Assembly (NCBI GenBank): GCA_016926705.1
Contig: JAFGOC010000134.1
Span: forward strand, 1 to 48,705
Source: Dehalococcoidales bacterium
GTDB taxonomy: Bacteria > Chloroflexota > Dehalococcoidia > Dehalococcoidales > RBG-16-60-22
Direction of reading: 5' to 3'
DNA: 48,705 nt
Shown: piece by piece, positions 35,321 to 47,335 of the stretch
Position numbering within the stretch: the first letter of the stretch is position 1
How the letters are laid out: each line of letters opens with the position of its first letter
Translations under genes and position numbers: made by a program
Notes under the pieces: generated by a model
The model's input: only the letters and a program-made list of their open reading frames with translations
Database searches by the model: none
What the model was told of the DNA's origin: nothing

Positions 35321-36958
35321 ATGCCGAAGTATATCTTTGTAACCGGAGGCGTAGTAAGTTCCGTAGGGAAAGGCATCACCGTCGCCTCCATCGGTAATAT
35401 ACTTAAGAGCCGTGGCATTACCGTAGCCGTTCAAAAGATGGACCCTTACCTGAACGTCGACCCGGGCACCATGTCCCCCTACCAGCACGGCGAGGTCTAT
35501 GTTACCAAGGACGGAGCGGAGACCGACCTCGACCTGGGTAACTACGAGCGGTTTATCGATATCGAGTGCACGGCGGACTCCACCACCACTTCAGGCCAGA
35601 TATACAGCACTCTAATTACCAAGGAGAGGCGGGGGGACTTCCTCGGGGGAACGATACAGATAGTACCGCACCTTACCAACGAAATAAAGGAAGGATTTAA
35701 GAAGCTCGCGGACAAATCGGGGGCGGAGGTGATACTGATAGAGGTAGGGGGCACGGTGGGCGATATCGAGGGACAGCCGTTCCTCGAAGCCATCCGCCAA
35801 TGGAGGAACGACGTAGGGAGGAACAACGTGCTTTATGTTCACGTTACCTTCCTACCCTACCTGGTCTCCACCCAAGAGCTGAAGACCAAACCCACCCAGC
35901 ACAGCGTTAACGAGCTACGGCGCATCGGCATCCAGCCGGACGTGATTATCTGCCGCAGCGACTATGAAATTGCGGAAAATTTAAGGGACAAAATATCGCT
36001 TTTCTGCGACGTGGCGAAGGAGGCGGTAATTCCCCTGCAGACCATGCCGACGATATACGAAATACCGCTAATGTTGGAGGACTGGGGACTGGGACAATTG
36101 ATTGTGGACAAACTGGGGATAAAGGCGCGGGACGGCGACCTGACGGAATGGCGGAAAATGGTTGAGCGTATCAAGGAACCGCATGAGCCGGTAAAAATAG
36201 CGCTGGTGGGTAAATACGTGGAGCTTAACGACGCCTATTACTCCGTAAGGGAGGCTTTATACCACGCGGCCCTCCATAACGACCGTTCGCTGGATCTGTT
36301 CTGGGTGCAATCTGAAGACCTGGATAAGGTCGATGCCGACACTTTACTGCGCACCGCCCAGGGGATTATCGTCCCGGGCGGATTCGGGATAAGGGGCATC
36401 GAGGGGATGGTAAAGGCGGCCAAGTACGCCCGGGAGAATAAAATCCCGTATTTCGGGCTCTGCCTGGGGCTGCAGGTAATGGTAATCGAGTTTGCCCGTT
36501 ATGTGTTTAACAGTGATGAGCCGAACTCGACGGAGTTCAATACGAAAACAAACTACCCGGTTATCGACTACATGACGGAGCAAAAGAAAATAATCACCAA
36601 GGGCGCCACGATGCGTTTAGGTAATTACCCGTGCAAATTAATAGCCGGAACTCTTGCCGCTAAAGCCTACGGACAGGAACTGGTGCAGGAGAGACACCGG
36701 CACCGCCTGGAATTTAACAACGAATATCGCGAGTCGCTAGGTACGGCGGGGATGATTTTCAGCGGGGTTTCGCCGGATGACATGCTGGTAGAAATCTGCG
36801 AACTCAAAGACCACCCCTGGATGCTGGGATGCCAGTTCCACCCGGAATTCCCCTCAAGACCGGGACGGCCGCATCCGCTTTTCCGGGAGTTCATCGGGGC
36901 AGCCAAAGACGTGTTGAGAGAAGGCGCGCAGCCGCCGCTGCCAATGGCAGCCGATTGA
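35321..36958 (+). CDS. pyrG: CTP synthase
   Basis: [45 protein letters not shown]. Confidence 0.98.
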   Translation: MPKYIFVTGGVVSSVGKGITVASIGNILKSRGITVAVQKMDPYLNVDPGTMSPYQHGEVYVTKDGAETDLDLGNYERFIDIECTADSTTTSGQIYSTLITKERRGDFLGGTIQIVPHLTNEIKEGFKKLADKSGAEVILIEVGGTVGDIEGQPFLEAIRQWRNDVGRNNVLYVHVTFLPYLVSTQELKTKPTQHSVNELRRIGIQPDVIICRSDYEIAENLRDKISLFCDVAKEAVIPLQTMPTIYEIPLMLEDWGLGQLIVDKLGIKARDGDLTEWRKMVERIKEPHEPVKIALVGKYVELNDAYYSVREALYHAALHNDRSLDLFWVQSEDLDKVDADTLLRTAQGIIVPGGFGIRGIEGMVKAAKYARENKIPYFGLCLGLQVMVIEFARYVFNSDEPNSTEFNTKTNYPVIDYMTEQKKIITKGATMRLGNYPCKLIAGTLAAKAYGQELVQERHRHRLEFNNEYRESLGTAGMIFSGVSPDDMLVEICELKDHPWMLGCQFHPEFPSRPGRPHPLFREFIGAAKDVLREGAQPPLPMAAD

Positions 36959-36968
36959 GGAGAGAAAA

Positions 36969-37622
36969 ATGCAGATATTCCTGGATACCGCCAATATCGA
37001 CCAGATAAGGGAGGCCGCATCGCTGGGGATTATCAGCGGGGTGACGACCAATCCTTCGCTGGTAGCCAGGGAAACCACCTCCGATTACGAAGCGGTAACA
37101 AAGAAAATCTGCTCCATCATCAGCGGGCCGGTGTCCGTAGAGGTGCTGGCGGAAGACGCCGAGGGCATGATAAAGGAAGCCAGGATAAAGGCAGGCTGGG
37201 CACCCAACGTCAACATCAAGATACCCATGACCGCCGAGGGGCTCAAGGCGACCTCGGTGTTGAGCAAGGAAGATATTAAAATAAATATGACATTATGTTT
37301 CTCAGCGAACCAGGCACTTTTAGGGGCGCTGGCGGGGGCAACGTACGTGAGTATATTCATCGGGAGGCTTGACGACGCCGGGCATGACGGAATGCAGGTG
37401 GTGGAGGAAACGATGGCGATACTGGCTAACTACCCGGAACTGGACGCACAGCTGATAGCGGCGAGCATCCGAAATCCGATGCACGTAACCCGTGCCGCGA
37501 TGGTCGGTGCCGACGTGTCGACCGTGCCTTACGCCGTGCTGATGCAGATGATGCGGCACCCGTTGACCGATATCGGTATAAAACGCTTTTTGGCCGATTG
37601 GAAAAGCGTATCTAAGAAATAA
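36969..37622 (+). CDS. tal: Transaldolase (FSA/TalC family)
   Basis: [18 protein letters not shown] (Glu), IKIP (Schiff-base Lys), F.GRLDD, AASIR. Confidence 0.88.
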   Translation: MQIFLDTANIDQIREAASLGIISGVTTNPSLVARETTSDYEAVTKKICSIISGPVSVEVLAEDAEGMIKEARIKAGWAPNVNIKIPMTAEGLKATSVLSKEDIKINMTLCFSANQALLGALAGATYVSIFIGRLDDAGHDGMQVVEETMAILANYPELDAQLIAASIRNPMHVTRAAMVGADVSTVPYAVLMQMMRHPLTDIGIKRFLADWKSVSKK

Positions 37623-37676
37623 TAATTAAGTACCCCCTTCCCTCCCGGGGAGATGGGACCAGAGCGAGGTGGAACC

Positions 37677-38966
37677 ATGGAAATGAACGCAAAACCAAAC
37701 ACAAATTTAAGCATTTCTGAACTGGAAACCAAGACCAAAGAAGAGCTGCTGGAGATGGCCAAAGAAAAGGGCATCGCGACGTCCGCAACCCTTAAAAAGC
37801 ATGATATCATCATGCAGCTGCTGGAGACGCACACAGAGGAACAGGGCAACATTTTCTGCAGCGGCATACTGGAAATAATGTCTGACGGCTACGGATTCCT
37901 GCGGCAGGAAACCATGCTGCCCAGCCAGACGGACGTCTATATATCACCGTCCCAGATACGGCGCTTCGGGCTGCGTAACGGCGACATGGTTACCGGACAG
38001 GGCAGGCCGCCGAAGTCAAACGAAAAATACTTCAGTCTTTTACAGGTGGTCGCCATCAATAACCTCAACCCCGACTCCATAAAGGGTCGGCAACCGTTCG
38101 GCTCGTTGACGCCCACTTTCCCGGACAAGCTAATTAACCTGGAATACTCGCCGACCGATCTTTCCACGCGCCTGATTAACCTCATCGCGCCAATCGGACG
38201 GGGGCAGCGGGGCCTGATAGTCTCGCCGCCCAAAGCCGGTAAAACGCTGCTGCTGAAATCAGTAGCCAACTCGATTTCCAGCACCTATGACGATATACAT
38301 ATAATGGTCTGCCTCATCGGCGAGCGCCCGGAGGAGGTCACGGACATGAGGCGGTCGGTCAAGGGCGAAGTCATCGCCGCCACGTTCGACGAAATGGTGG
38401 AAAACCAGACGCGCGTGGCCGAGCTGGCGCTGGAAAGGGCCAAGCGACTCGTCGAAAGCGGCAAGGACGTGTTCATCTTGCTCGACGGCATAACCCGCCT
38501 GACGCGCGCTTATAACCTGGCCATGCCGTCGAGCGGCCGCACGCTTTCCGGCGGCATTGACCCCGCCGCCCTGCACCCCGCCAAGCGTTTCTTCGGGGCG
38601 GCGCGCAACACGGCGGAGGGAGGCAGTCTGACGATTATCGCCACCTGCCTTATCGATACGGGCAGTCGCATGGACGACCTGATTTACGAAGAATTCAAGG
38701 GCACAGGCAACATGGAGCTTCACCTCGACCGCAGACTCTCCGAAAGACGTATTTTCCCAGCGATGGACATACAGCGGAGCGGCACGCGGCGGGAAGAACT
38801 ATTACTTAGCGAGGAACAACTCAAGCAGGTATGGCTGCTGCGGCGCATGGTAGGCATCATCGCCTCCGACTCCAATAACTTCATCGAGGCGACGGAGCGC
38901 GTGCTCGACCGCATGCGCAAGACCAAGAGCAACGCCGAGTTCCTGGTCGGATTGAGGGATATTTAG
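37677..38966 (+). CDS. rho: Transcription termination factor Rho
   Basis: [38 protein letters not shown]. Confidence 0.97.
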   Translation: MEMNAKPNTNLSISELETKTKEELLEMAKEKGIATSATLKKHDIIMQLLETHTEEQGNIFCSGILEIMSDGYGFLRQETMLPSQTDVYISPSQIRRFGLRNGDMVTGQGRPPKSNEKYFSLLQVVAINNLNPDSIKGRQPFGSLTPTFPDKLINLEYSPTDLSTRLINLIAPIGRGQRGLIVSPPKAGKTLLLKSVANSISSTYDDIHIMVCLIGERPEEVTDMRRSVKGEVIAATFDEMVENQTRVAELALERAKRLVESGKDVFILLDGITRLTRAYNLAMPSSGRTLSGGIDPAALHPAKRFFGAARNTAEGGSLTIIATCLIDTGSRMDDLIYEEFKGTGNMELHLDRRLSERRIFPAMDIQRSGTRREELLLSEEQLKQVWLLRRMVGIIASDSNNFIEATERVLDRMRKTKSNAEFLVGLRDI

Positions 38967-39105
38967 GTTCTTAAATCTCCATCCTGTCCTTATTTACGAA
39001 AGAGGCGCGCCAATACCCCGAAAAAGCAAGTGAGAGGAGCGGCGTCTCTTCTTGAACAAATTTTCTTAAAGTCATATTATGTAACCGGATGATGGGAGAT
39101 TTATA

Positions 39106-39435
39106 ATGCAAATTAAAAAAACGTATACACAAGTAAGCCCGGAACTGCTTTACGCGGAGATAAAAGACTTTATATTGAAACAAGGGGTGACGCTGGGCGA
39201 GAACAAGATGGAGACTTATACCCTGCCGGACGAATCGGCTTCTTTCGGCACACGGGCGACCCTTGTATTTAATGCCGAGGGGGAAAAAGAGTGCCTACGG
39301 GTACACATTGTGGGGATGGCGCAGGGCGAAACGAAGTTGATGATAGATGTGGACGAGAAGCTCTTCCCGCAGGAGAAACTCAACGCTTTACAGAGCGACC
39401 TGGACTTTATCTTCAGCAGCTACGAAGCGAAGTAA
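39106..39435 (+). CDS. Hypothetical protein
   Basis: GGAG RBS and a 109-aa ORF; no recognisable family. Confidence 0.65.
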   Translation: MQIKKTYTQVSPELLYAEIKDFILKQGVTLGENKMETYTLPDESASFGTRATLVFNAEGEKECLRVHIVGMAQGETKLMIDVDEKLFPQEKLNALQSDLDFIFSSYEAK

Positions 39436-39505
39436 TTTCTAACCCGCACCGAAACTTTCTATGGGGATAGAAACCGGCCGTTTTCTCAAGAACTCATAAT
39501 TGTGT

Positions 39506-40726
39506 CTATTTACCAAAAATCGCGGCCATAAATACCTCTTTTTCTCTGGCAATATCTTCTTGAGACCTCTCATGATATTGTTTCATACGTTGTCTCATTT
39601 CGGTTTCATTTTTACGCTGCCATTCTCTTATACTACTAATGATTTTTTCCAGTCCTTTACGGTTCGGTGAACCCTTGACAGTCTCTAGAATCTTTATTCC
39701 GGCGGTTTCGAGTACCTCTTCGGCGACAAAAATAGGAATGTTGTTAAGTACCGCAAGTGCGATGGCATCACTCGGGCGCGCATCAACTTCGCTTGTCTTT
39801 TTACCGGAACGCATTTTAACGACCGCGTAGAAGGTATCTTTTTTCAATGCCACAATATGTACCTCTTCCAGCCGGGCATCGATACCCTGCAGCAAGCTTG
39901 AGAAAAAATTATAGGTTAATGGTCGGGGCATGGCAAAATCACTTAAGCCCATGGCGATACTTTGTCCTTCGTGGTGACCTATCCATATAGGCAGCAATCG
40001 TTTCCCAGTTTCATCATAAAGTACGATAACGTAAGGTATTGTAGAATAAGGTGTTACAGGCAGTTCCTGCCCTTCTTTTTGTTCTACCTTAATTACGTCG
40101 GCGATAGTAACTTTGACCATTTTCTGCCTCCTTTTTTCTGGTGGTATTATTTCCGGATAATACTCTTGCAGCACCGTCTTAAGTCTTTGGCGGGCGCGGT
40201 GCAGGCGTACTTTTACGGTGCCTGCCGGAACATTTATCATCGCCATGATTTCCTGTAAACTCAATTGAGCGTAATAGAATAACAAAAGGATATCCCTATC
40301 GGCGGGAGAGAGTGAATTCACTGCCTTCAGTACGGTTTGATATTGCTCCTTTTCCTCGGCAATCTTCTCCGGTGTTAAAACCGGTGTGTAAAAAGGGGCA
40401 GGGAAAAAATGCAGACCTTCAATAATCGCTTCTAAAGAGAAAAAGGGTATCTTACGGCTGCGTAAACGACTACGGTAGACATTCAACATAATTCCATAGA
40501 GCCAGCTCTTGAACCTGGCGGGGTTGCGTAAGCGACCAAGGGAGATATATGCCTGGGTCATTGTCTCCTGCACCAGGTCAGGCACGCTTCCCTCCTCTGC
40601 CGCAAGCCGCATGGCAAATCTTTGTATGGGCATCTGATACCGCTGCGCCAGCAGCCCGAAAGCGTCTTTATCGCCTTTACGCACCAGGGCTATCAGTTCA
40701 ATATCGGTTTTTTCTGTCAAAGACAT
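39506..40726 (-). CDS. ECF sigma factor fused to a bifunctional nuclease (DUF151/BFN) domain
   Basis: Sigma2 (D.ELI...GDKDAF, DLVQET, FKSWLYGI), sigma4 (SLQEI...GTVKVRLHRARQRL), then LPIWIG..E, RPLTY, DARPSDAIALA. Confidence 0.9.
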   Translation of the reverse strand: MSLTEKTDIELIALVRKGDKDAFGLLAQRYQMPIQRFAMRLAAEEGSVPDLVQETMTQAYISLGRLRNPARFKSWLYGIMLNVYRSRLRSRKIPFFSLEAIIEGLHFFPAPFYTPVLTPEKIAEEKEQYQTVLKAVNSLSPADRDILLLFYYAQLSLQEIMAMINVPAGTVKVRLHRARQRLKTVLQEYYPEIIPPEKRRQKMVKVTIADVIKVEQKEGQELPVTPYSTIPYVIVLYDETGKRLLPIWIGHHEGQSIAMGLSDFAMPRPLTYNFFSSLLQGIDARLEEVHIVALKKDTFYAVVKMRSGKKTSEVDARPSDAIALAVLNNIPIFVAEEVLETAGIKILETVKGSPNRKGLEKIISSIREWQRKNETEMRQRMKQYHERSQEDIAREKEVFMAAIFGK

Positions 40727-40805
40727 ACTTGCTTTCAAGCCTTATACTATATAGTGGTTAAATATAGCATAAAGGTTACAAACAATAAATCAAAGGGAGG
40801 CAATT

Positions 40806-41051
40806 ATGATCATTGCAGGTCTGGCGCTTACGGTAGCAGGGTGGCTGGCACAGATATACCGGACGGTCATCAAAAAGGAGAATCGTCTTTGCCCGACTTT
40901 CCTGGTTTTATATGCCGTGGGCTGCATCCTATTTACTATCGGCAATTTTACCAATAACGACGTTACCGGCGGCGTGTTGAACCTACTGGATGTGATATTA
41001 CCGCTCGTTTTACTGTGGACTGTCTTATTCGTGCGGAAGGCAACGCAGTAA
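40806..41051 (+). CDS. Small 3-TM membrane protein (PQ-loop/SemiSWEET-like)
   Basis: GGAGG RBS; three hydrophobic segments; W.AQIYRT. Confidence 0.55.
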   Translation: MIIAGLALTVAGWLAQIYRTVIKKENRLCPTFLVLYAVGCILFTIGNFTNNDVTGGVLNLLDVILPLVLLWTVLFVRKATQ

Positions 41052-41064
41052 AACCGATAGGCAA

Positions 41065-42132
41065 TTATCTCGCCCTGGGGTAAGAGCCGAGGATTTTCAC
41101 GAAAACAGCGTGCTCTGCCAGCGCCCTGATAGCGGCGCGGACTTCTTTTTCCTCGTGGTGGCCGGAGATGTCCATGTAAAAGTTGTATTCCCAGGGCTGG
41201 TGGCGGGTGGGGCGGCTCTCCAGCTTGGAGAGGTTGATATTCCTCATGGCGAATTCCCCAAGGCAGTCGTAAAGGGCGCCGGCCCGGTGCTTCAGGGAAA
41301 AGACGATGGACGTTTTATCGTTGCCGGTAGGCGGGGAGTCCTCTTTCGAAAGAACGAAGAACCGGGTGAAGTTATGGGGGTTGTCCTCAATTTCCTTAGC
41401 CAGCACCTTCATGCCGTAAAGCTCGGCGGAACGGGCAGAGGCGACGGCGGCATAGTCGAGCCTTTTTTCCTCTTTTATCATCCGGACGCTGCCGGCGGTA
41501 TCGGAGGCAGGCACAACTTCAGCACTAAGCTGTTTTAAGAAGTTGCGGCACTGGGCCAGGGCCTGCGGGTGAGAATAGACGAACTTAATAGTGTCCAGTC
41601 CGGCGCCTGCCATGGCGATAAGGCAATGGCTGATGCGCATCTCCGTCTCGCCGCAGACCATGAGAGGGGAATCGAGGAGCAGGTCGTAGGCGCGGGTGAT
41701 GCTACCTTCCAGTGAGTTTTCCACCGGCACCAGGGCGAAGGGGACATCGCCCGTTTCCACCGCCTCGAAGACCTCGTCGATAGTATCATAGGGAACACCG
41801 CGGGTAGATTTGCCGAAGAAACGCTGGGCGGCCTCCTCGGTGTAAGCGCCCGGCTCGCCCTGGAAAGCTACGGCGACGCCCTGTATTTTCTTGCTGGCGT
41901 CGATTATTTGCCGATAGATGCTTTCGACATCGCCTGGGCTGATTTTTTTATCGCGAGCAAGGGCGCGTACGCGTTTGAGAACGCGCAGTTCACGTTCCCT
42001 GTCTTCAATAAGACGGCTGGTTTTGTTCTTGCCCTTGCCGATTTCCCTGGAGATATTCTGCCGCTCGGCGATAAGTTCGACGATGCGGGCATCGATCTGG
42101 TCGATTTTCTTTCTCAAGTCGTCAAGGTTCAT
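41065..42132 (-). CDS. pheA: Chorismate mutase / prephenate dehydratase
   Basis: [43 protein letters not shown]; ATG overlaps the aroC stop. Confidence 0.95.
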   Translation of the reverse strand: MNLDDLRKKIDQIDARIVELIAERQNISREIGKGKNKTSRLIEDRERELRVLKRVRALARDKKISPGDVESIYRQIIDASKKIQGVAVAFQGEPGAYTEEAAQRFFGKSTRGVPYDTIDEVFEAVETGDVPFALVPVENSLEGSITRAYDLLLDSPLMVCGETEMRISHCLIAMAGAGLDTIKFVYSHPQALAQCRNFLKQLSAEVVPASDTAGSVRMIKEEKRLDYAAVASARSAELYGMKVLAKEIEDNPHNFTRFFVLSKEDSPPTGNDKTSIVFSLKHRAGALYDCLGEFAMRNINLSKLESRPTRHQPWEYNFYMDISGHHEEKEVRAAIRALAEHAVFVKILGSYPRAR

Positions 42133-43220
42133 TTCAACACCCTCGGAATCAGACCGGCCCTCATAGCGAAGTCGCAAAGCGTTACAGCCATCATGGATTC
42201 TACAACCGGCACGGCGCGCGGGACGATACAGACATCATGCCGTCCGCTGACCTTAATTTTGGTATCTTTCATCTTCTCAATATCTACAGTAGCCTGCTCC
42301 CGGGCGATGGAGGCAGTAGGCTTGAAGGCTACCCTGACTACCAAAGGCATCCCATTGCTGATGCCGCCGAGAATGCCGCCGGAGTTATTTGATTTAGTAA
42401 TGACTTTGCCTTTTTCGACCGTAAAGGGGTCGTTGTTTTCCGAGCCTTTGAGACGGGCGGCGGCAAAGCCCGCCCCGAACTCCACGCCTTTCACAGCCGG
42501 TATATCCACAAGCGCTTTTGCCAAATTGCCGTCAAGGCTATCGAAAATGGGCTCGCCGAGGCCGACGGGCACATTAAGCGCAACGCCCTCGATTACACCA
42601 CCGAGGCTATCTCCCTCTTTTTTCACCTTTTCTATCAGGGCATTCATTTTAGCCGAGGCGGCAGAGTCAGCGCAGGCTAGGGGGTCTTTTAAGGCTTTTT
42701 TCTTAGCATCTTCATATGGCAACGCCCGGGCCTCGATACCACCGATGGCTACCGTGTGGGCAAAGACCTCAACACCGATGGTTTTAAGGATTTTACGGGC
42801 AACGGCACCGGCCATGACGAAGGCAGCGGTCATGCGGCCGGAGAATATACCCCCGCCCCGCCAATCATTGAAACCGCCGTATTTAGTCCGGGCGGTGAAA
42901 TCAGCCTGACCGGGGCGCAGCCTAGACTTTAGCGCCTCATAAGCGGAGTCATCGACATTCTTATTCATAATAAGCAGGCAAATGGGTGCGCCGGTAGTGA
43001 AACTCTCCAGCACGCCGGAAAAGACCTCCACCCTATCTTTCTCGCGGCGGGTGGTGGAAGCTACACCGGCACCGGCACGCCGTCGGCCCAAGTCCGGCTG
43101 GATATCAGCAACGTCCAGAGGAAGACCAGCGGGGCAACCGTCTATGACAACACCGACACATCTACCGTGACTTTCACCGAAGACGGTGATAGCGAACAAT
43201 TTACCCAGACTACTGCTCAT
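42129..43220 (-). CDS. aroC: Chorismate synthase
   Basis: FGESHG, RPG.AD, GGISNG, FKPTASI, GRHDVC. Confidence 0.96.
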   Translation of the reverse strand: MSSSLGKLFAITVFGESHGRCVGVVIDGCPAGLPLDVADIQPDLGRRRAGAGVASTTRREKDRVEVFSGVLESFTTGAPICLLIMNKNVDDSAYEALKSRLRPGQADFTARTKYGGFNDWRGGGIFSGRMTAAFVMAGAVARKILKTIGVEVFAHTVAIGGIEARALPYEDAKKKALKDPLACADSAASAKMNALIEKVKKEGDSLGGVIEGVALNVPVGLGEPIFDSLDGNLAKALVDIPAVKGVEFGAGFAAARLKGSENNDPFTVEKGKVITKSNNSGGILGGISNGMPLVVRVAFKPTASIAREQATVDIEKMKDTKIKVSGRHDVCIVPRAVPVVESMMAVTLCDFAMRAGLIPRVLK

Positions 43221-44559
43221 CGATTGTTATCTCCCCACCGATTTTTTGAAAATCCTTCCAGAAATTGGGGTATGTTTTGGCGACACATTCGGCGCCGCTG
43301 ATGGCCACATTGCCCAGGGCAGAGCCCAGCACGGCGAAAGCCATAGCAACCCGGTGGTCGTCATGACTCCTAAGATTAATAGATTTCTGGGCGGCGCCGG
43401 CGAAAAATTCCGCCGCCGAAGGCGCATCATCCAGAGTCTCGTCGGCACCTTCGTCCTCGGACTTCCAGAAAATATTCATACCCTTGATAGTCAGGCGGTC
43501 CTCCTGCTCCCCGACTTCGACGCCCAGCCTGGTCAAGCCTTCTCTCATGGCAGTTACGCGGTTCGACTCCTTGAGACGGGCACGACGAATACCGATTAAG
43601 TCGCTGGTGCCTTTAGCCAAAGCCGCCAATGCCGCCATCGTAGGCAGCAGGTCAATACAGTCGGAGAGGTCAGCACTTATCGCCTTTAGACGGCCATGTG
43701 CGATGAGAACGTTGCTGCCGGATACTTTCATCCTAGCACCCATGTTACGCAACATTTCGATGATAACACGGTCGCCCTGGAGGCTGGTGGTACTCAAGTT
43801 CTGGACTACCACCCCCTCCTCGGACATTGCCCCGAGGGCCAGGAAATACGAGGCCGAAGACCAGTCTCCTTCTATCTTGATATCAGCCGGCTGGTACTTC
43901 TGGCGCAGGACGACGAACATATTTGCTTCACGGTGGACGTTAATGCCGAACTGCTTGAGACACCGGAGCGTCATAAGTATATAGGGCTTGGACGTCAGCG
44001 GAGTGGTTAGCTTGACGCTGACCGCCTTGGGGGCAAAGGGGCCTATCAGTAGCAAAGCGGAAATGAACTGCGAACTCACATTGCCGGCGATTTCCGTAAT
44101 GCCACCTTTGAAATCGCCCCCCTCGACGGTGACAGGGGGGCACCCCGTTTTTTCCACCGAGGCTTTGACCCCCAGTTTCGCCAGAGCGTCAACAAGCGTG
44201 CCTATGGGCCGGCGGCTAAGCGAGGGCCCGCCGACCAGCCGGTGACGGCCGGGAATAAGCGAGCACAGGGCGGTCATAAACCTCAAGGTGGTGGCCGACT
44301 CCCCACAGTCGAGGTTGCCGCTATGGACGCGGAACTTGCCCCCGGTGACCTTCCAGACATTATCCGTCTGATGGATAACCGTTCCGAGTTTCGTTAGGAC
44401 ATTTACGGCAGCAAGGGTATCATCGCTGACCAGCGGATTAATAATCTCACTCTCACCCTGGCTCAAGGCTGCGCATACCAGCGCCCTGATGGTGAGGCTT
44501 TTAGATGAAGGCGCCCACACGCCTCCGGTAATGTTACTTCTGCCGATGATTACTCTCAT
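43210..44559 (-). CDS. aroA: 3-phosphoshikimate 1-carboxyvinyltransferase
   Basis: [42 protein letters not shown]. Confidence 0.95.
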   Translation of the reverse strand: MRVIIGRSNITGGVWAPSSKSLTIRALVCAALSQGESEIINPLVSDDTLAAVNVLTKLGTVIHQTDNVWKVTGGKFRVHSGNLDCGESATTLRFMTALCSLIPGRHRLVGGPSLSRRPIGTLVDALAKLGVKASVEKTGCPPVTVEGGDFKGGITEIAGNVSSQFISALLLIGPFAPKAVSVKLTTPLTSKPYILMTLRCLKQFGINVHREANMFVVLRQKYQPADIKIEGDWSSASYFLALGAMSEEGVVVQNLSTTSLQGDRVIIEMLRNMGARMKVSGSNVLIAHGRLKAISADLSDCIDLLPTMAALAALAKGTSDLIGIRRARLKESNRVTAMREGLTRLGVEVGEQEDRLTIKGMNIFWKSEDEGADETLDDAPSAAEFFAGAAQKSINLRSHDDHRVAMAFAVLGSALGNVAISGAECVAKTYPNFWKDFQKIGGEITIDEQ

Positions 44560-45070
44560 AATCCTTCAGTATCCCCAGTATTCTAGCTACCACCCCATCG
44601 GCATCAAGACGGGACGTATTCACCGTGATATCCGCGGCACGGGCATAAAAGGGGCGGCGAAAATCAAGCAGCTTTTTAATTTCCTGCGCACGGTCGGCCA
44701 CGTTGAGCAACGGACGTCTGCTTCCATCATGCGCCGTACGCTTCAATATTACCGACGCCGAAGCCGTCAAACATATTATAACGCTTTCCTTTCTCAAGCG
44801 CTCAACGTTTATTGTATTAAGAACAACGCCGCCGCCGCAAGCGATAACGATATTTTTACGAGGCGATACTTCCGCGACAGCCTCGATTTCAAGTTCGCGG
44901 AAGCGAACTTCCCCATCGCGGCGGAATATTTCCTGGATAGACCTGCCAGTTTTCTTTTCAATCAGGTAATCCAGTTCGATGAACTCTTTACCAAGTTTTT
45001 GCGACAGTAGTTTGCCCACGGCCGTCTTACCTGTGCCCATGAAGCCGATAAGAGCGATGCTAGTCTTCAT
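44534..45070 (-). CDS. aroK: Shikimate kinase
   Basis: GFMGTGKT, GE..FRELE, GGG.V, RPLL. Confidence 0.95.
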   Translation of the reverse strand: MKTSIALIGFMGTGKTAVGKLLSQKLGKEFIELDYLIEKKTGRSIQEIFRRDGEVRFRELEIEAVAEVSPRKNIVIACGGGVVLNTINVERLRKESVIICLTASASVILKRTAHDGSRRPLLNVADRAQEIKKLLDFRRPFYARAADITVNTSRLDADGVVARILGILKDYESNHRQK

Positions 45071-45923
45071 GGCGCTCCAGTATTTTTACAGCTTCCCGCC
45101 GCATGAGGTCGACCGGCGCAGCTTTGCCCGTCCATTTCTCAAAAGCCAGTGCGCCCTGCCAGGCAAGCATGTCTATGCCGGTGATAATTTGGGCTCCAGC
45201 GGCCGCGGCTTCCCTTAGGAACCTGGTTTTCAGGGGATTATAGACTATATCAAATACAAGCGGTATTTTTTTCAGTAATGGGGCGGGGACGGGGCTGACA
45301 TTATCCTCCGGCGACATCCCCACGCTGGTGGCATTAACCAGGAGGTCAGCCCCAGGCAGCGCCTCGGCGATATCACCGAGTTCAAAGAACTGCACTTCCT
45401 TCTGGAGGTCATCAAGAATAAATTGAGCGATATTTTCCGCCCAGTCCAGTTCCTGCAGCCGATTCAGAATAGTCAGACGGCAACCCTGTTCCACCAGAAT
45501 GTAAGCGATAGCCCGGGCAGCACCGCCGGCGCCCAGCAAAACGACTTTTTTACCCTGCGGACTGAAGCCATGCTCCAGCAAGACGCGGTAAAAACCCTCA
45601 GCATCGGTATTATAGCCCTTTAACTTACCGTTAATATTGACCACGGTATTGACGGCGCCGATTTTCTCCGCCAGGGGGTCGAGGCTATCCAAAAGGGGTA
45701 TGATAGCTACTTTATGGGGTATAGTGACATTAAAGCCAGCTACATTCAGGGCTTTGAGACCGACCACGGCCCGGGACAGCTGTTCCGGTGCGACGCGGAA
45801 AGTTATATAAAGATAGTCCAGCCCCAATTTTTGAAAGGCGGCATTATGCATTGCGGGGGACACGGTATGCCCTACGGGGTCGCCGATAATGGCGCAGATT
45901 TTAGTTTTGCCGGAAATAATCAT
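45060..45923 (-). CDS. aroE: Shikimate dehydrogenase
   Basis: SPAMHN, NVTIPHK, GAVNT, NTD, GAGGAA, NATSVGM. Confidence 0.95.
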   Translation of the reverse strand: MIISGKTKICAIIGDPVGHTVSPAMHNAAFQKLGLDYLYITFRVAPEQLSRAVVGLKALNVAGFNVTIPHKVAIIPLLDSLDPLAEKIGAVNTVVNINGKLKGYNTDAEGFYRVLLEHGFSPQGKKVVLLGAGGAARAIAYILVEQGCRLTILNRLQELDWAENIAQFILDDLQKEVQFFELGDIAEALPGADLLVNATSVGMSPEDNVSPVPAPLLKKIPLVFDIVYNPLKTRFLREAAAAGAQIITGIDMLAWQGALAFEKWTGKAAPVDLMRREAVKILERHED

Positions 45924-45924
45924 A

Positions 45925-46668
45925 TTAATATTTTTTCTCTATAACGGCGATGTATATAGAACCCGGGGAATCTATGTATTTTTTAACATACCAATCTGTC
46001 GAATCAAGGATATCTTCCATTTCATCCTTCGAGACCATGAGGTAATCAATCCACGGTGTTACGTGTTTTTTACGCCTTACCCTTAGCCTAATCTGTCCAC
46101 TCATCCTGCCCCTCTTTTTGTTCAATTTATGATAATCCAGGTGTTCCGGCATATCAGTTTTATAAACATCATTAGTTTCGGCGATTATCCTGGCTTTCGG
46201 TGATGTTATTTTACTCATCTTTTTCAACAAACGCCTGGCACCTTTTAAACTACCGAACAACCCGAAGTTGTTACCCATCATAATAATCGTATCAAAAACA
46301 CCCAGTTCAGGGCTGATTTGATTGATGGAAATAACCCTGGCATCTTTCAACCCTCTTTGTTTACATACTTTAATAGCCAGAGGCGAGTTATCTATACCAA
46401 CCACATCCAGCTCATTTTTCTGCAGATAAAGGGCATGCCTGCCAGCGCCACAGCCTATATCCAATATTCTGCCCCTAACGTATTTCATAGCCTTTTTTTG
46501 ATACGGATGCCAATCTTTATATTCACTGAAATACGCTTCCGGCCCACCATGAAAATCAATATACCCATCGTCCCTCTCAACGATTTCTAAAATAGGCGAA
46601 CCTTGTTTTCCGCGTTTAAAATAGTCGTAAATCTCATGCCCGAAGGCGTCCTGCTTATCCGTCAACAT
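45925..46668 (-). CDS. Class I SAM-dependent methyltransferase
   Basis: ILDIGCGAGRH, GIDNS, FDTIIMMGNNFG; AT-richer than the flanking aro genes. Confidence 0.85.
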   Translation of the reverse strand: MLTDKQDAFGHEIYDYFKRGKQGSPILEIVERDDGYIDFHGGPEAYFSEYKDWHPYQKKAMKYVRGRILDIGCGAGRHALYLQKNELDVVGIDNSPLAIKVCKQRGLKDARVISINQISPELGVFDTIIMMGNNFGLFGSLKGARRLLKKMSKITSPKARIIAETNDVYKTDMPEHLDYHKLNKKRGRMSGQIRLRVRRKKHVTPWIDYLMVSKDEMEDILDSTDWYVKKYIDSPGSIYIAVIEKKY

Positions 46669-46672
46669 ATAT

Positions 46673-47335
46673 TCACCCGTTCAACATCCGGTAAATTTCT
46701 CTCAATTCCGTAGCGGTGACCTGCCCCGACGCTGATTCTCTACCCTCACCCACCGAGGCATAGGTAAGATAGCCCCCTATGAGCGGACAGAGCACTCTGG
46801 ATAGCTGCCCTACCTCACCCATGGCAAAGGAAATGATATTGGTCTCCGAGAATTCAGCGATTAGCTGAAGCACGGTTAAGTTATCGGAGAATTTACGGGC
46901 AGTGGTAGCGATCTTACAGATACCGGCACCAGCGGCCAGTTCGTTAATGACTATCTGGCGGAGCCTGTCCAGGGGCGGGGTCCCTTTAATATCGTGATAG
47001 GAAACCATGCATTCCGCTATGCCCTTGATTTCATCTACAATTTTGGCAACGTCCGGAGTAGCCAGTTCAATATCGATAATGTCCGCCCCCAGTTCGACGG
47101 CGCGACGGAGTTCTTTTATCCTGGCCGCCTCACCGCCATCCCACTTGCCGCCTTCTTCAGCCCGGCGGTTGCAGGCTATCCAGGGCTTTTTCAGGCGCGC
47201 CGCCACTTCCCGCCAGCGCTTCCCGATAAGGTCGATGCGAACTTCAAAGAGGTCGACCAGCGGCTCGACGCTTTCCAGAGCACCGATATCGGTGTTTACA
47301 ACAGCAGCACAGATTCTAGGCGGATTGCCAGCCAA
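46673..47335 (-). CDS. aroD: 3-dehydroquinate dehydratase type I
   Basis: EVRID, R...EGG, DIEL, SYHD...TP, KIA, AMG..G..SR, A.GQ; TTG start after GGAGGT. Confidence 0.9.
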   Translation of the reverse strand: MAGNPPRICAAVVNTDIGALESVEPLVDLFEVRIDLIGKRWREVAARLKKPWIACNRRAEEGGKWDGGEAARIKELRRAVELGADIIDIELATPDVAKIVDEIKGIAECMVSYHDIKGTPPLDRLRQIVINELAAGAGICKIATTARKFSDNLTVLQLIAEFSETNIISFAMGEVGQLSRVLCPLIGGYLTYASVGEGRESASGQVTATELREIYRMLNG

